A DNA stretch of 32,000 bases from contig NC_018267.1 in the NCBI RefSeq assembly GCF_000306885.1, positions 450,001 to 482,000 of the forward strand, in the 5' to 3' direction. This DNA is from Wolbachia endosymbiont of Onchocerca ochengi (lineage in GTDB: Bacteria > Pseudomonadota > Alphaproteobacteria > Rickettsiales > Anaplasmataceae). The notes under the pieces are model-generated. The model searched no databases. It was not told the origin of the DNA and worked only from the letters and a program-made list of their open reading frames with translations. Below are positions 20,709 to 31,160 of this stretch, piece by piece (the stretch's first letter is position 1; each line of letters starts with the position of its first letter). The position numbers were made by a program, and so were the translations under genes.

Positions 20709-22281
20709 GAGAGTTCTTGGGTTTTAACACTATGTGTGAATCGTACGGATATTGTAGTTTTTATTTATCAAGGTAGTGCTGTACAGATAACTAGTTTCTA
20801 TCATCCAGAAAAAAAAGAAATATAAGTTTTAGGGTTGTGCACTAAAATAAATCTCTCTCAGGTTCTTAAATTGCAACTAAAAATGCTAAAAGTTTTACCA
20901 AATAGAAGAAAGGTAAAAAAATTTCTAGTGCTGATTTTGATTCTGTACTTCTCTGAGTTAATAGTAATAACTCCTTGCTAATATTTATTTAAGGTCGATT
21001 TGACTAAATATAGAGAAAGTTTAGAAGTATGAAGCTGTTGTAATTTTATGTAACCTGGGGAAATGCCTTAAGTTTTTACTGAATTTTGTTGTTAAATCTA
21101 TAAATCGAAGGTAAGTTTCCGATCAAGGATAATCTTAGTGCTGTAGTAAGAAATTAATTAGATTTGTTGAGTAATTTCTTTGTTTTTGTAACATCATACC
21201 TAGTACACTGTAAATTATTATGTAAGAAGTCTATTAATAGCTTAAGTATGGAGAGTTAAAACACGTGACCTCTATTTTTTTTGTAATTCTTTTAGCATGT
21301 TAGATTCTAATCTTAATAAGGTACATTATGATTGCAAATATGAGTACTGTTTACTTTAGGGTATTAACATAATGAATATTAATATCTAAATTCATATAGT
21401 AAATGGTGTTTTTGCCTTTAATACATTGAATTGTCCAGATGAGGCTGTTGCAGAATCTAGGGATGTGTTAAGGTAGCATTAACATTAAGTTCAATTGTCT
21501 GCTACTTATTTTCTAAAAGGATCACAATTAATCTTTTTTTCTAGATTTGCTGCTTAAAGAGAGCAAACATTATGGCTTAATGTTGTTATTAGACTACTTA
21601 TTATTAATATATATTATTCCGATTGAAAAGTTTAGTTATATTATAATATTTATTTTAATAAATGAACTTGTCCTTAATGGTGAATTATTTCAGTTTTAGG
21701 GGTTTCCTAATGGTAGTTAATATAAAACAGAAAAACAAAAAAGTGATTTATCCATAGAAAAATGTAGTAGAGGTTGAATTGGTAAAGAATATTTTAGTTT
21801 TGGCTATAGAGAAGTTGATTGATATCGTATTAAGACCTTATAAAGGTGAGTAGGTAATTATGAGTCAATAATTTAAAATAAGCAGAAAAAAAGATCTATT
21901 TTGATATAGAGATATTAAAAGTCAAGTTATTGTAAAGAAAACGGTTGGAATTGCAGCAAGCAGATGGATACAATATACTTTTGTTGTTTAAACAATAAAC
22001 AACCTCTACTAGAAAGTTGATTCTTGCCAAGCAGTTTATAGGTTTATTGATTAGCTTAGCTAAGCAGGAAATTGAAGCTAGGAGAGTTACTACCTTAAAG
22101 GCTAATATTCATATTACTTGCCTAGGACATTTTTAATCAATTGCTGCAATGAATTCATGTATATGTGGTTATTTAGGTGATTTGAGTAGATCATGCAATA
22201 AACTTTACGGCATGACAGAAATTGTAATGGCAAAAAAATGTCAAGAATGTTTCTTGATAAGAAAGAGATATATGTGTCAAA

Positions 22282-22526
22282 ATGTTAGCCTGTCAGTATT
22301 TTGAACCTTACTCAAAAGGAGAGGGTAATGATAATGTAAGAAAAAGAGTAATAAGCGGTGGAACATTGGATAAATTTGCTAAGCTAGATCAAGTAGAAAG
22401 TTAAGATTTAAAATACGTGCAAAGAGGACTATGTTTCTAATCGGGGTTGCATATGCGTATGAAGGTGATAAGAACCATTCAAGTTTTAAGAAAAGTGGAG
22501 AGATGAGAAGAGCACATATCCGCTGA
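22282..22526 (+). pseudogene. Possible frameshifted coding remnant
   Basis: Two overlapping coding-like frames: 22282-22404 (MLACQYFEPYSKGEGNDNVRKRVISGGTLDKFAKLDQVES*), then 22431-22526 in another frame (MFLIGVAYAYEGDKNHSSFKKSGEMRRAHIR*). The second frame is already open upstream (RSSRKLRFKIRAKRT). Confidence 0.35.
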
Positions 22527-22998
22527 GGTGCTAACTATAGGATAGAGCATATTAGTAAATGGACCTATTTGATGAGGCCTTGAAAATTATGTATGTTACT
22601 TTTAGATAGATTGAAATATTCTATTTAGAGAGTAAAGTTATGGCATTTTAAAAAATTCTAAATATAGATGCAAGAGATAGTGTTTTTGTGCTATTTTAGA
22701 AGGATATAAACAAGCTGAAGTTACTGGGAAATTTTAGATGCTGTTGGGTGGGCTTAATGACTGTACTAGAAGAAAGGGTAAATGAAAACAGCTACAAGTT
22801 GTTGATATGAATTGTAGCAGTTTTATATAGTTGCTTATTTTTTAAGTCTAGTTTATGTAACTTCTGTTACTATGAAGCAGCATTAACTTATGTTGGTATG
22901 ATAATAGCTGAAGGTAAAGGATTATATGCACTCGCAGTGACTATCTGATATTTACTACTGGTTCTCTGCTAGTTGCTACATAGTTGTACCTACTGTAA

Positions 22999-23172
22999 AC
23001 TTTATATATAAACTATAGTAAAGTAAGCCAAATTGGAGAGGTAAAAGAGACTGTACTTAATGATTATGAAAAAGATGATCAAAGCAATCCTAAGTTAATA
23101 GGTGGAGAAATTGGGATAGTTAAAAAGCGTAGTTTAATGAGAAAAAGGGATAAGTCTCTTTCCCTTTTTTAA
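22999..23172 (+). pseudogene. Possible C-terminal remnant of a decayed gene upstream of ftsZ
   Basis: Open segment without a start: TLYINYSKVSQIGEVKETVLNDYEKDDQSNPKLIGGEIGIVKKRSLMRKRDKSLSLF*. It has coding-like composition and ends in a terminator hairpin. Confidence 0.4.
23142..23170 (+). terminator. Rho-independent terminator-like hairpin upstream of ftsZ
   Basis: AAAAAGGGA-taagtctctt-TCCCTTTTTT: 9-bp stem ending in a T-run. Confidence 0.7.
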
Positions 23173-23354
23173 TATTTTCTAGTTTTTATATCAATTAGGT
23201 AATACATTTGATAGTTACCGCTGATAATTGATGATACTTATAATGTAAGAATAAGTAAATCTTGTTTACTGTTTATAGAAGTGAAAAGTGTTTGCATGTT
23301 GTTAAAAAAACAGTAACTTATTATTGAGTAAATTTGCTAAATTTGGAAATGTAA

Positions 23355-24548
23355 ATGTCTATTAACTTCAGTTTACCGGAGTTGCCTGTTCTATATCCAA
23401 GAATTACTGTTATAGGTGTTGGTGGTGCTGGTGGAAATGCCGTGAATAATATGATTCAATCTAATTTGCAGGGAGTAAATTTTGTTGTAGCAAATACTGA
23501 TGCTCAGGCGCTGGAAAAGTCATTGTGCGATAAAAAAATTCAGTTAGGTATTAACCTAACTAAGGGACTTGGTGCTGGTGCTTTGCCTGATATTGGTAAA
23601 GGTGCGGCAGAAGAATCAATTGAAGAAATTATGGAACATATAAAAGATAGTCATATGCTCTTTATTACAGCAGGAATGGGTGGTGGTACTGGTACAGGTG
23701 CAGCACCAGTGATTGCGAAAGCGGCAAGGGAAGCAAGAGCTGCGGTTAAAGATAAAATGTTAAAAGAGAAAAAGATATTGACTGTTGGGGTTGTAACCAA
23801 GCCATTTGACTTTGAAGGTGTACGTCGTATGCGCATTGCAGAACTCGGACTTGAAGAATTGCAAAAATATGTAGATACACTAATTGTTATTCCAAACCAA
23901 AACTTATTTAGAATTGCCAATGAAAAAACTACATTTGCCGATGCGTTTAGACTTGCTGATAATGTTCTGCATATTGGCATCAGAGGAGTAACTGACTTAA
24001 TGGTTATGCCAGGACTCATTAATCTTGACTTTGCTGATATAGGAACAGTGATGAACGAAATGGGTAAAGCAATGATTGGTACCGGAGAAGCAGAAGGGGA
24101 AGATAGAGCAGTTACCGCTGCAGAGGCTGCAATATCTAATCCATTGCTCGATAATATGTCAATGAAAGGTGCACAGGGAATATTAATTAATATTACTGGT
24201 GGTGAGGACATGACTCTATTTGAAGTTGATGCTGCGGCGAATAGAGTGCGTGAAGAGGTAGATGAAGACGCAAATATAATATTTGGTGCTACTTTTGATC
24301 AGGCAATGGAAGGTAAAGTTAGAGTTTCTGTTCTTGCAACTGGTATTGATAATAGTAGTAATATCCGTGATGGCAGAGTAGAAACTTCGTCTGTCAGTCA
24401 AACTAAGATTTCAAAGGAAGAAAAATTCAAGTGGTCTTATAGTCAAGCTTCAGTACTGAAGACAAAGCCAGCTGAGCAAGTAAGTGAAAGAGTAAAATGG
24501 AGTAATAATATTTATGATATACCAGCTTATTTAAGAAGAAAAAAATAA
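23355..24548 (+). CDS. ftsZ: Cell division protein FtsZ
   Basis: [16 protein letters not shown], tubulin signature [35 protein letters not shown], and the C-terminal [12 protein letters not shown]. The sequence matches Wolbachia FtsZ as I know it. Confidence 0.98.
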   Translation: MSINFSLPELPVLYPRITVIGVGGAGGNAVNNMIQSNLQGVNFVVANTDAQALEKSLCDKKIQLGINLTKGLGAGALPDIGKGAAEESIEEIMEHIKDSHMLFITAGMGGGTGTGAAPVIAKAAREARAAVKDKMLKEKKILTVGVVTKPFDFEGVRRMRIAELGLEELQKYVDTLIVIPNQNLFRIANEKTTFADAFRLADNVLHIGIRGVTDLMVMPGLINLDFADIGTVMNEMGKAMIGTGEAEGEDRAVTAAEAAISNPLLDNMSMKGAQGILINITGGEDMTLFEVDAAANRVREEVDEDANIIFGATFDQAMEGKVRVSVLATGIDNSSNIRDGRVETSSVSQTKISKEEKFKWSYSQASVLKTKPAEQVSERVKWSNNIYDIPAYLRRKK

Positions 24549-24888
24549 TGTAGTTTTTGATACTTAACTGAGAGCTGAGTGAATTTATGGTAAAATGAAA
24601 AGAAAAGAATAGCAAATAGGGTAGGTAGCTATTAAGCTCAAAAGTTGTATAAGAAATATGTAGCGAGGGGATTTTGCATCTTTTATCATGCAAGTAAAGA
24701 AAGGTGGTATTTGGAATAGTTGAAGTCTTCAAGGAATGTTATCATGTTACCGATCTTTTCAAGTTTTTAGGTAATCAAGTGATGTTGAGTGATATAAAAA
24801 AATTACTTTTGAAAAATATGGTCATGTTAGAACAATCATGTTTATCAGTTTTTCCAGTCTCATAGAAGATGGATGGAAGGATGAGTAA

Positions 24889-25356
24889 ATGTTAGAAGTA
24901 AATATTCTTGATGAGAGATGGTATAGCGTTACAGATGATCCAAAGCGATTTGTATTAAGCGTTATGAGTGTTTCTCTGCAAAAATTGGAGATAGACCACT
25001 ATAAGCCAAGTATATCAGTAGTTCTTGCTGATGATAATTTACTACATCAACTTAATTTAAAATTTAGAAAAATAGATAAACCAACTAATGTGTTATCGTT
25101 TCGGTATGAGCAACTATCTAATAAGTGTGATCTAGGTGATGTAGCGATTTCAATAGACACAATACAAAAAGAGTCGAATGAATACAATATATCTACTATA
25201 GCTCATGTTGCACATATGTTAGTACATGGGTTATTACATTTACTTGGTTACGATCACCAAAAAGAAGATGAAGAAGTTATAATGAAAAGCTGGGAAAGCA
25301 GTATTTTGATCTCTTTTAGCTGCAATTACTTATCTAATTTAGAGGTAATTGAATAA
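24889..25356 (+). CDS. ybeY: Endoribonuclease YbeY
   Basis: Metal-binding motif [20 protein letters not shown], plus [11 protein letters not shown] and [10 protein letters not shown]. Confidence 0.93.
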   Translation: MLEVNILDERWYSVTDDPKRFVLSVMSVSLQKLEIDHYKPSISVVLADDNLLHQLNLKFRKIDKPTNVLSFRYEQLSNKCDLGDVAISIDTIQKESNEYNISTIAHVAHMLVHGLLHLLGYDHQKEDEEVIMKSWESSILISFSCNYLSNLEVIE

Positions 25357-25440
25357 AAGTATAGTAGATAATAATAAAATATGTTATTTACAAAATAGAA
25401 GCTATTTTAGAAATAGCCATAGATAATAAAAAGTAAACAT

Positions 25441-26229
25441 ATGGTCCAGTTTTTTTTGCCAAAGAATTCTAAAATTAATGGAAAGGGTAAAGTTTATCCT
25501 GCTCCTGCTAAGGCAAAAAACGTTAGAAGATTTCAAATTTACCGTTGGTCAGCTGATGATGGGAAAAATCCTAGAATAGATACATTTTTTGTTGATATGG
25601 ATAATTGTGGCTCTATGGTGCTTGATGCTTTGATAAAGATAAAGGATGAAATAGATTCGACCTTAACTTTCAGGCGTTCTTGTAGAGAAGGAATATGTGG
25701 ATCTTGTGCGATGAATATTGGTGGAACCAATACTCTTGCATGTATTAAGTCTATATTTGATATAAAAGGTGACGTGAAGGTATATCCATTACCTCATATG
25801 TATGTGATAAAAGACTTAGTTTCAGACTTGAGCCAATTTTATGAGCAATATAAGTCAATTAATCCTTGGTTACAAGCAGATAAGCCTGGTTTATTAAATA
25901 AGGAATATTCGCAGTCTCCTGAAGATAGAAGAAAACTTGATGGACTTTCTGATTGTATATTATGTGCCTGTTGTTCAACTAGTTGTCCGAACTACTGGTG
26001 GAACAGTAATAAATTTTTAGGACCTGCAATACTGTTGCAGGCTTATAGGTGGATTGCTGATAGTCGTGATAATAAGAAAGATGAGAGGCTTGATGCCTTA
26101 AATGACCCATTTAGGTTATATTGCTGTCATACAATAATGAATTGTACAAAAACCTGTCCTAAGGGGCTTAATCCAGCAAGAGCAATAGTAGAAATGAAGC
26201 AGCTTATGTTAAAGAGGGGAGGAGTTTGA
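25441..26229 (+). CDS. sdhB: Succinate dehydrogenase iron-sulfur subunit
   Basis: Fe-S cysteine clusters [38 protein letters not shown] and [22 protein letters not shown]. Confidence 0.97.
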   Translation: MVQFFLPKNSKINGKGKVYPAPAKAKNVRRFQIYRWSADDGKNPRIDTFFVDMDNCGSMVLDALIKIKDEIDSTLTFRRSCREGICGSCAMNIGGTNTLACIKSIFDIKGDVKVYPLPHMYVIKDLVSDLSQFYEQYKSINPWLQADKPGLLNKEYSQSPEDRRKLDGLSDCILCACCSTSCPNYWWNSNKFLGPAILLQAYRWIADSRDNKKDERLDALNDPFRLYCCHTIMNCTKTCPKGLNPARAIVEMKQLMLKRGGV

Positions 26230-26232
26230 ATG

Positions 26233-27369
26233 TTACCTCTTGCACTCCTCGTATGAGAAGAGTAGACCTTCCGAAGCATAAGGTATTATTAATGTTCTAA
26301 ATGCTTTTCCATTTGTGAGGTTGATTGTACTATTATATGGTGCAAGTAATTTTTTGAATAACTCATGCCTTTGGTTACTAATAGCTTGAAAATCCTCTTG
26401 TTTTAGAAGTTTTTTAGATTCGAATAAGTAAAACATGACTTCATGATAAGTGGGATAAGATGCCAAGAGCTTTATGTCAAATTGAAAACTTTTTATAAAA
26501 GCATTATTAAAAAACTTTAGTTTTTGATTCCTACCGTATATCGTGATAGCAATTGGTAATTCCTCAAGTAAATTTTTCTGTGCTGCTAAGTAGCTATCTA
26601 ATCTAACGTATAACTCTTCTGTATCACTAACATCTTTTCCATATATTACTATGCTACCGGAGTTTCGTATTGGAATCTTAATAAAATCAAAAACCTTGCG
26701 TTCATTTTTGTAAGTTATTACATGTTTTCCTGATTTCAGGCTTTGAGCACTGTTAGTAACAGTCAATCTTTGAGAGTTATTTATGTATTTATCGTAAAAA
26801 GAGTTATAAAACTTTATCTTTTTATTTTCATTATATTTGAGTATCGGAAATGGTAGAGAGTTGAAAATATTTCTGTAGCTTTCTATTTTTTGTTTAAGTT
26901 TGTTATTTTCTAATTCAAGTTCAGTAGCTTGTATCTTATAGTCTGAGATGTTTCTTATCCACAGCAACACGCCGATTACAGTATTAGAATTATCTATTAT
27001 GCTTCTGCCATAGCAGATACAGTAAATCTCGCCATCTTTTGATTTTAAATCCAGAGTAAAGGATTTATTTATTTTTTTTGCCTCAGTAAAATTTTTAATT
27101 AAACTTTCTGATTGCTCAAAAAAGTTTACAAATTCATTGAATGAGTAAAAAACGGTGTTGAGCAAGATCAGTAAGTTAGGGGAAAACTTTTCTATACGTT
27201 TTTTTGCATCCCAGATATAAAACCCATCGTCTACAGTATCAATTAGATTGTTTATTATAATATTTTGATGTTGTAAGCTCTTAATTCTATTATCTACTTT
27301 CAACTTAGAATAAGAGAGAAAGAATAGTATTAAAATTAATAATAAAACTACTTCATACAGAAAAAACAT
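26233..27369 (-). CDS. Membrane-anchored PAS-domain protein without a recognisable kinase/effector domain
   Basis: N-terminal TM (FFLYEVVLLLILILFFLSY). PAS-like repeats: NLIDTVDDGFYIWDAKKRIEKFSPN...GVLLWIRNISD; NIFNSLPFPILKYNENKKIKFYNSF...YGKDVSD; NLLEELPIAITIYGRNQKLKFFNNAF. No H-box or N/G-box ATPase motifs seen in 378 aa. Confidence 0.75.
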   Translation of the reverse strand: MFFLYEVVLLLILILFFLSYSKLKVDNRIKSLQHQNIIINNLIDTVDDGFYIWDAKKRIEKFSPNLLILLNTVFYSFNEFVNFFEQSESLIKNFTEAKKINKSFTLDLKSKDGEIYCICYGRSIIDNSNTVIGVLLWIRNISDYKIQATELELENNKLKQKIESYRNIFNSLPFPILKYNENKKIKFYNSFYDKYINNSQRLTVTNSAQSLKSGKHVITYKNERKVFDFIKIPIRNSGSIVIYGKDVSDTEELYVRLDSYLAAQKNLLEELPIAITIYGRNQKLKFFNNAFIKSFQFDIKLLASYPTYHEVMFYLFESKKLLKQEDFQAISNQRHELFKKLLAPYNSTINLTNGKAFRTLIIPYASEGLLFSYEECKR

Positions 27370-27426
27370 ATTACCTTTAAAAACGGACGTAAAAATTTGT
27401 AACTGCTCAATAAAGGTATGTATAAG

Positions 27427-28206
27427 TTATGCTGAAGAAGTATACAAGTAAAGATTGCCTAATATCTGAAAGCCCAATCTTTTATAAAGATTGACAGAAG
27501 GTTTCATACAGTGTGCTACTATGTATTTACATTTAAGCTGCTGGATTATTTTGATTCTTTCTAAAACCATTTGGGTACCTATTCCACGATTTCTATGAAT
27601 TGGTAAAACTCCATCACTATAAAAACCGGCTACGCTATCTTGAATATAAAAGCCACATGTTCCGACGACTTCATTATTTAGTGTTACGAGAAAAAACCTT
27701 AATCTTGAGTTTTTATCATTGTAGCTTGATAAGCCGCGGAAAAATGTACTGACGATTCCAACATTATGATGAAAGATTCTAGAGGTACATAAATCTAATT
27801 GTTCTAAGAGATTGCTACTATTTACAACATTCAACCTTAAATTTGGAACAATGTCAGCAGACAGGAGATAATTTTTCATATTAATTAAAACTTTTTTTGG
27901 TGTACTAACGTGTTTTATCTCACTTTTTTCTAGAACATTATTTGTCTTTGTGTGTGGATTCATTACCCATGTTGCTTCTATATTCCTTGCTCTAAGATAA
28001 TCTAAAGTTTTTTGTATAGAAAGTTCAGTACATTGATCCTCACAGAATACAAAATTAAATAATGATTGCTTGGTTCCATTTATTATAAACCCGATGTTAT
28101 CAAATTCATTGTGTACTTCCCACCGAGATAAATTTGCTGCGTGCAGTATATAATCCTTTAGGTTTTGAGTAACCAGACTTGAATAATAGATTTCCTTATC
28201 CTGCAT
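27427..28206 (-). CDS. GNAT-family N-acetyltransferase-like protein
   Basis: C-terminal GNAT signature: VVGTCGFYIQDSVAGFYSDGVLPIHRNRGIGTQMVLERIKIIQQLKCKYIVAHCMKPSVNLYKRLGFQILG. The N-terminal ~130 aa is unassigned. Confidence 0.8.
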   Translation of the reverse strand: MQDKEIYYSSLVTQNLKDYILHAANLSRWEVHNEFDNIGFIINGTKQSLFNFVFCEDQCTELSIQKTLDYLRARNIEATWVMNPHTKTNNVLEKSEIKHVSTPKKVLINMKNYLLSADIVPNLRLNVVNSSNLLEQLDLCTSRIFHHNVGIVSTFFRGLSSYNDKNSRLRFFLVTLNNEVVGTCGFYIQDSVAGFYSDGVLPIHRNRGIGTQMVLERIKIIQQLKCKYIVAHCMKPSVNLYKRLGFQILGNLYLYTSSA

Positions 28207-28678
28207 ATACAGATAATGAACAATAAAAAGCTTCTACAAAAACACAGGCTAAAATTGCAGCTATAATATCATCCAGCATAATGCCTAAGGGACACTTGAT
28301 ATTTTTATCAATCAGATTTATAGGCCATGTTTTTATTATATCAAAAAACCTGAAAGAAAAAAAGCATAACATCAATAAAAGGCTATTAATTTCTTGGTTT
28401 AGCGGCACCGAAATTAAAAATATTGTCAATAGTTGGCCAACTACTTCATCAATCACTATCTCTTTTGGGTCGTGTAGAGTTTGGTAGTGTTTTGTGTAGT
28501 TACTTATGGACCATAATCCAATTAAGAACAGAGAAATAATAGTTACTGTACCTAAAATTCTGTTACTTAGTACTATAGGAACAATTGGATAAGAAGCTAA
28601 GCTGCCTACAGTACCTGGCATTTTTTTTACTGTGCCAGATAACCACCATGTTGATATCAATTTATGAAAAATTTTCAT
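28196..28678 (-). CDS. pgpA: Phosphatidylglycerophosphatase A
   Basis: STWWLSGTVKKMPGTVGSLASYP, KEIVIDEVVGQ, FFRFFDIIKTWPI and GIMLDDIIA. Annotated from the ATG at 28678; the ORF track starts at 28693. Confidence 0.88.
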   Translation of the reverse strand: MKIFHKLISTWWLSGTVKKMPGTVGSLASYPIVPIVLSNRILGTVTIISLFLIGLWSISNYTKHYQTLHDPKEIVIDEVVGQLLTIFLISVPLNQEINSLLLMLCFFSFRFFDIIKTWPINLIDKNIKCPLGIMLDDIIAAILACVFVEAFYCSLSVYAG

Positions 28679-28697
28679 AATACACCAAAGCAAAAGA

Positions 28698-29681
28698 TTA
28701 ACTTAGAAAAACAGAAACAGTATTCTCTATAGGAGCATTTTCATATAATAGTCTATAAACAGCTTCACATATAGACATTTTTATCTTTAGCTTTTTTGCT
28801 AAATAAAATACAGATTGAGCAGTACTAAGACCTTCAATCACTGATTTACCTTCTAATAAAATTTGCTGGATATTAAAACTATTATTGCTACTACCTATTT
28901 TGAATCCAAAGAATAGATTTCTTGAATTTAAGGATGTGCATGTCATAATTAGATCACCTAAACATGCTGGTCCAAGTAATGTATCTGTGTCTATATTACT
29001 ATTATTGATTTTTGCTAGATAAACAGTTTGAATTTCATTCATACTTTTTGCTATTAATGCTGCATGAGCATTGTATCCAAGTTTCTTACCCAAAATGATC
29101 CCACATGCTATAGCAAAAACATTCTTTAATGCTGCACAAATCTGTACTCCTATAACATCACTACTAAAATATAATTTAATATTTTCTTGTTGTAGCTCTA
29201 ACATCAGCCTTGACCCTAGTGTATCATTTTGACACGCAAGAACCATTGAATAGGGTAATTTTTTTGCGACTTCTATAGCAAAGCTAGGGCCTGAAAAAAT
29301 AGCAACAGGATTATTAGGTAGAACTTCATTTACTATTTCACTCGGTAGTTTTAATGTAGATCTTTCTATTCCTTTACAGGCTAAAATTATTGCTACGTCT
29401 TTCTTTAATCCACAATTACGTAATTGCTGACATACCTGTCTTAAAGACTGGACGGGAACAGCAAGGATTATTGTTGAAGCATTAATTGTTTCTTCAATGG
29501 CTGACTTTACTAACACATTGCCAGAAATTTGATAACCAGGTAACTTGTCACTTTCTCTTGTTCTATTGATTAATTCGAATGTAGTTCTATTACGGACCCA
29601 CAGAACTACATTCTGCCTATCACTCAGTGAAATTGCAATTGCTGTACCCCATGCACCAGCACCTAAAATCGATATTGTCAC
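28698..29681 (-). CDS. gpsA: Glycerol-3-phosphate dehydrogenase [NAD(P)+]
   Basis: SILGAGAWGTAIAISLSD, AVPVQSLR, FSGPSFA, CAALKNVFAIACGI and GPACLGDLIMTC. Confidence 0.95.
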   Translation of the reverse strand: MTISILGAGAWGTAIAISLSDRQNVVLWVRNRTTFELINRTRESDKLPGYQISGNVLVKSAIEETINASTIILAVPVQSLRQVCQQLRNCGLKKDVAIILACKGIERSTLKLPSEIVNEVLPNNPVAIFSGPSFAIEVAKKLPYSMVLACQNDTLGSRLMLELQQENIKLYFSSDVIGVQICAALKNVFAIACGIILGKKLGYNAHAALIAKSMNEIQTVYLAKINNSNIDTDTLLGPACLGDLIMTCTSLNSRNLFFGFKIGSSNNSFNIQQILLEGKSVIEGLSTAQSVFYLAKKLKIKMSICEAVYRLLYENAPIENTVSVFLS

Positions 29682-29762
29682 ACAATGCCCCTGAAAATTA
29701 TTATTCTACTCTAAGATGGCATAGTAGGTAAATTAAAAATATGACATAGATATATAGAATAG

Positions 29763-29820
29763 TTAAATATTTATTAACTTAAGTACTCTTTCAATGATAA
29801 TGGTTTTAATTCAATATTTA
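29763..29820. promoter_or_regulatory. Candidate CtrA-type binding sites between gpsA and ctrA
   Basis: Perfect TTAA-ATATTTA-TTAA at 29763-29777 (TTAA-N7-TTAA) and near-match TTAA-TTCAATA-TTTA at 29806-29820. Confidence 0.4.
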
Positions 29821-30002
29821 CTGAAAATAATATTGTTCTTATGATATATAATATATCTATTATATTTTAGATCTGTTTATATAATTTTGGAATGGTATGT
29901 CCATTATAGTAGTTTTGACCATTTATTAATAAAAGTTTGATTTGTTACTTTCCTTAGTTATATATATTGCTAAAATTATAGATTACTTACGGGGTATAAA
30001 AT

Positions 30003-30755
30003 ATGCGTATATTATTAATTGAAGATGATCAAGTAAGTGCAAAGACTGTAGTTAATGCTTTAACTTCTGATGGACACTTTTGTGATGTTGTAACTTCTGC
30101 GCAAGACTACAACAATAATATAGTTTCCTCGAATGGGGATCATTATGACCTAGTTATTTTAGATATACACTTGCCCGGTGATATTGATGGATATGATATA
30201 TTGTTAAGGTTAAGAAGTGCAAAAATTAAAGTTCCTGTCTTGATACTTTCATGTATATCTGCTGTTAATCAAAAAGCTAAAGGACTAGGATATGGTGCTG
30301 ATGATTACTTAACTAAGCCATTCCACAAAAGTGAGCTGCTAGCTCGAATAAAGGCAATAGTCCGTCGTACTAAAGGACATCCTGAATCGGTGATAAAGAT
30401 TGGTAACATAAATATTAATTTTGATCATAGAGTTGTTGAGGTGAAAGGTAAGACGGTTCACCTGACTAACAAAGAATATTCTATGATAGAGTTACTAGCG
30501 TTGCGTAAAGGCACTGTACTAACAAAAGAAATGTTTTTAAATCATCTTTATAATGGTTTAGATGAGCCTTCAGATAATAAGATAGTTGATGTTTTTATGT
30601 GCAAGTTACGTAAGAAACTTGAAAGTGCGAATGATGGAAAAAGCCATATAGAAACTGTTTGGGGCAGAGGATATGTCCTAAAAGAATATCTTGATGATGA
30701 AGAATATACTAATATTAGTAGTAGGGAAAATAGTAATGGCTATCAAGCAGAATAA
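30003..30755 (+). CDS. ctrA: Cell cycle response regulator CtrA (OmpR-type winged-helix output)
   Basis: Receiver domain MRILLIEDD...LVILDIHLPGDIDGYD...GADDYLTKPF. Output domain KGKTVHLTNKEYSMIELLALRKGTVLTKEMFLNHLYNGLDEPSDNKIVDVFMCKLRKKLE...VWGRGYVLKEY. Confidence 0.95.
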   Translation: MRILLIEDDQVSAKTVVNALTSDGHFCDVVTSAQDYNNNIVSSNGDHYDLVILDIHLPGDIDGYDILLRLRSAKIKVPVLILSCISAVNQKAKGLGYGADDYLTKPFHKSELLARIKAIVRRTKGHPESVIKIGNININFDHRVVEVKGKTVHLTNKEYSMIELLALRKGTVLTKEMFLNHLYNGLDEPSDNKIVDVFMCKLRKKLESANDGKSHIETVWGRGYVLKEYLDDEEYTNISSRENSNGYQAE

Positions 30756-30820
30756 ATAAAGGACAACATATAAAATGCTTATTATTTAGGCTATCTTACT
30801 GATACTTATGTAAGTGCCTA

Positions 30821-31160
30821 GGTGAAATATAAGCCGAGTTCTGTTTATGTAGCTATTTATCTGGAGTAAATGTTACCATTTACTGCATGCGATTTACCCG
30901 AGTAGACATGAGGAAAAGCATAAAACCTACTCTTATTTAATCTTGCTCCTAGTGTTGGTTACTCAACTACCAATGTTGCCATTGGTATGGTATGCTCTTA
31001 CCACACCTTTTCATCCTTACCTAAAAATCTTAGGCGGTAATTTTCTGTAGCCCTGAACTGAAGTCACCTCCGGCGGGTATTACCCGTCACTATTTTTCCT
31101 TGGAGCCCGGACTTTCCTCTGCTGTATTTATCATACAACAGCAGCTACTTATTTCACCCA
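30821..31160 (-). ncRNA. rnpB: RNase P RNA (bacterial class A)
   Basis: On the minus strand, the 5' region contains CAGCAGAGGAAAGTCCGGGCTCC and the 3' region ACAGAACTCGGCTTATATTTCACC, the conserved RNase P RNA hallmarks. The ends TGGGTGAAAT and ATTTCACCTA pair as P1. Length is about 340 nt, with no competing ORF. Confidence 0.95.

Noticed and set aside
23302-23316. TTAA-AAAAACA-GTAA upstream of ftsZ as a CtrA site
   Set aside because: One mismatch in a homopolymer-rich AT tract. Chance matches are expected, so this was not strong enough to list.
23651-24401. 186-aa and 61-aa minus ORFs
   Set aside because: Antisense to ftsZ. The long open antisense frame reflects codon usage, not a gene.
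24427-24732. 101-aa minus ORF
   Set aside because: Overlaps the ftsZ 3' end and AT-rich spacer, with Phe/Leu/Tyr-rich low-complexity composition. Weak evidence of a real protein.
25539-25730. 63-aa minus ORF
   Set aside because: Antisense to sdhB.
28281-28487. 68-aa + ORF
   Set aside because: Antisense to pgpA.
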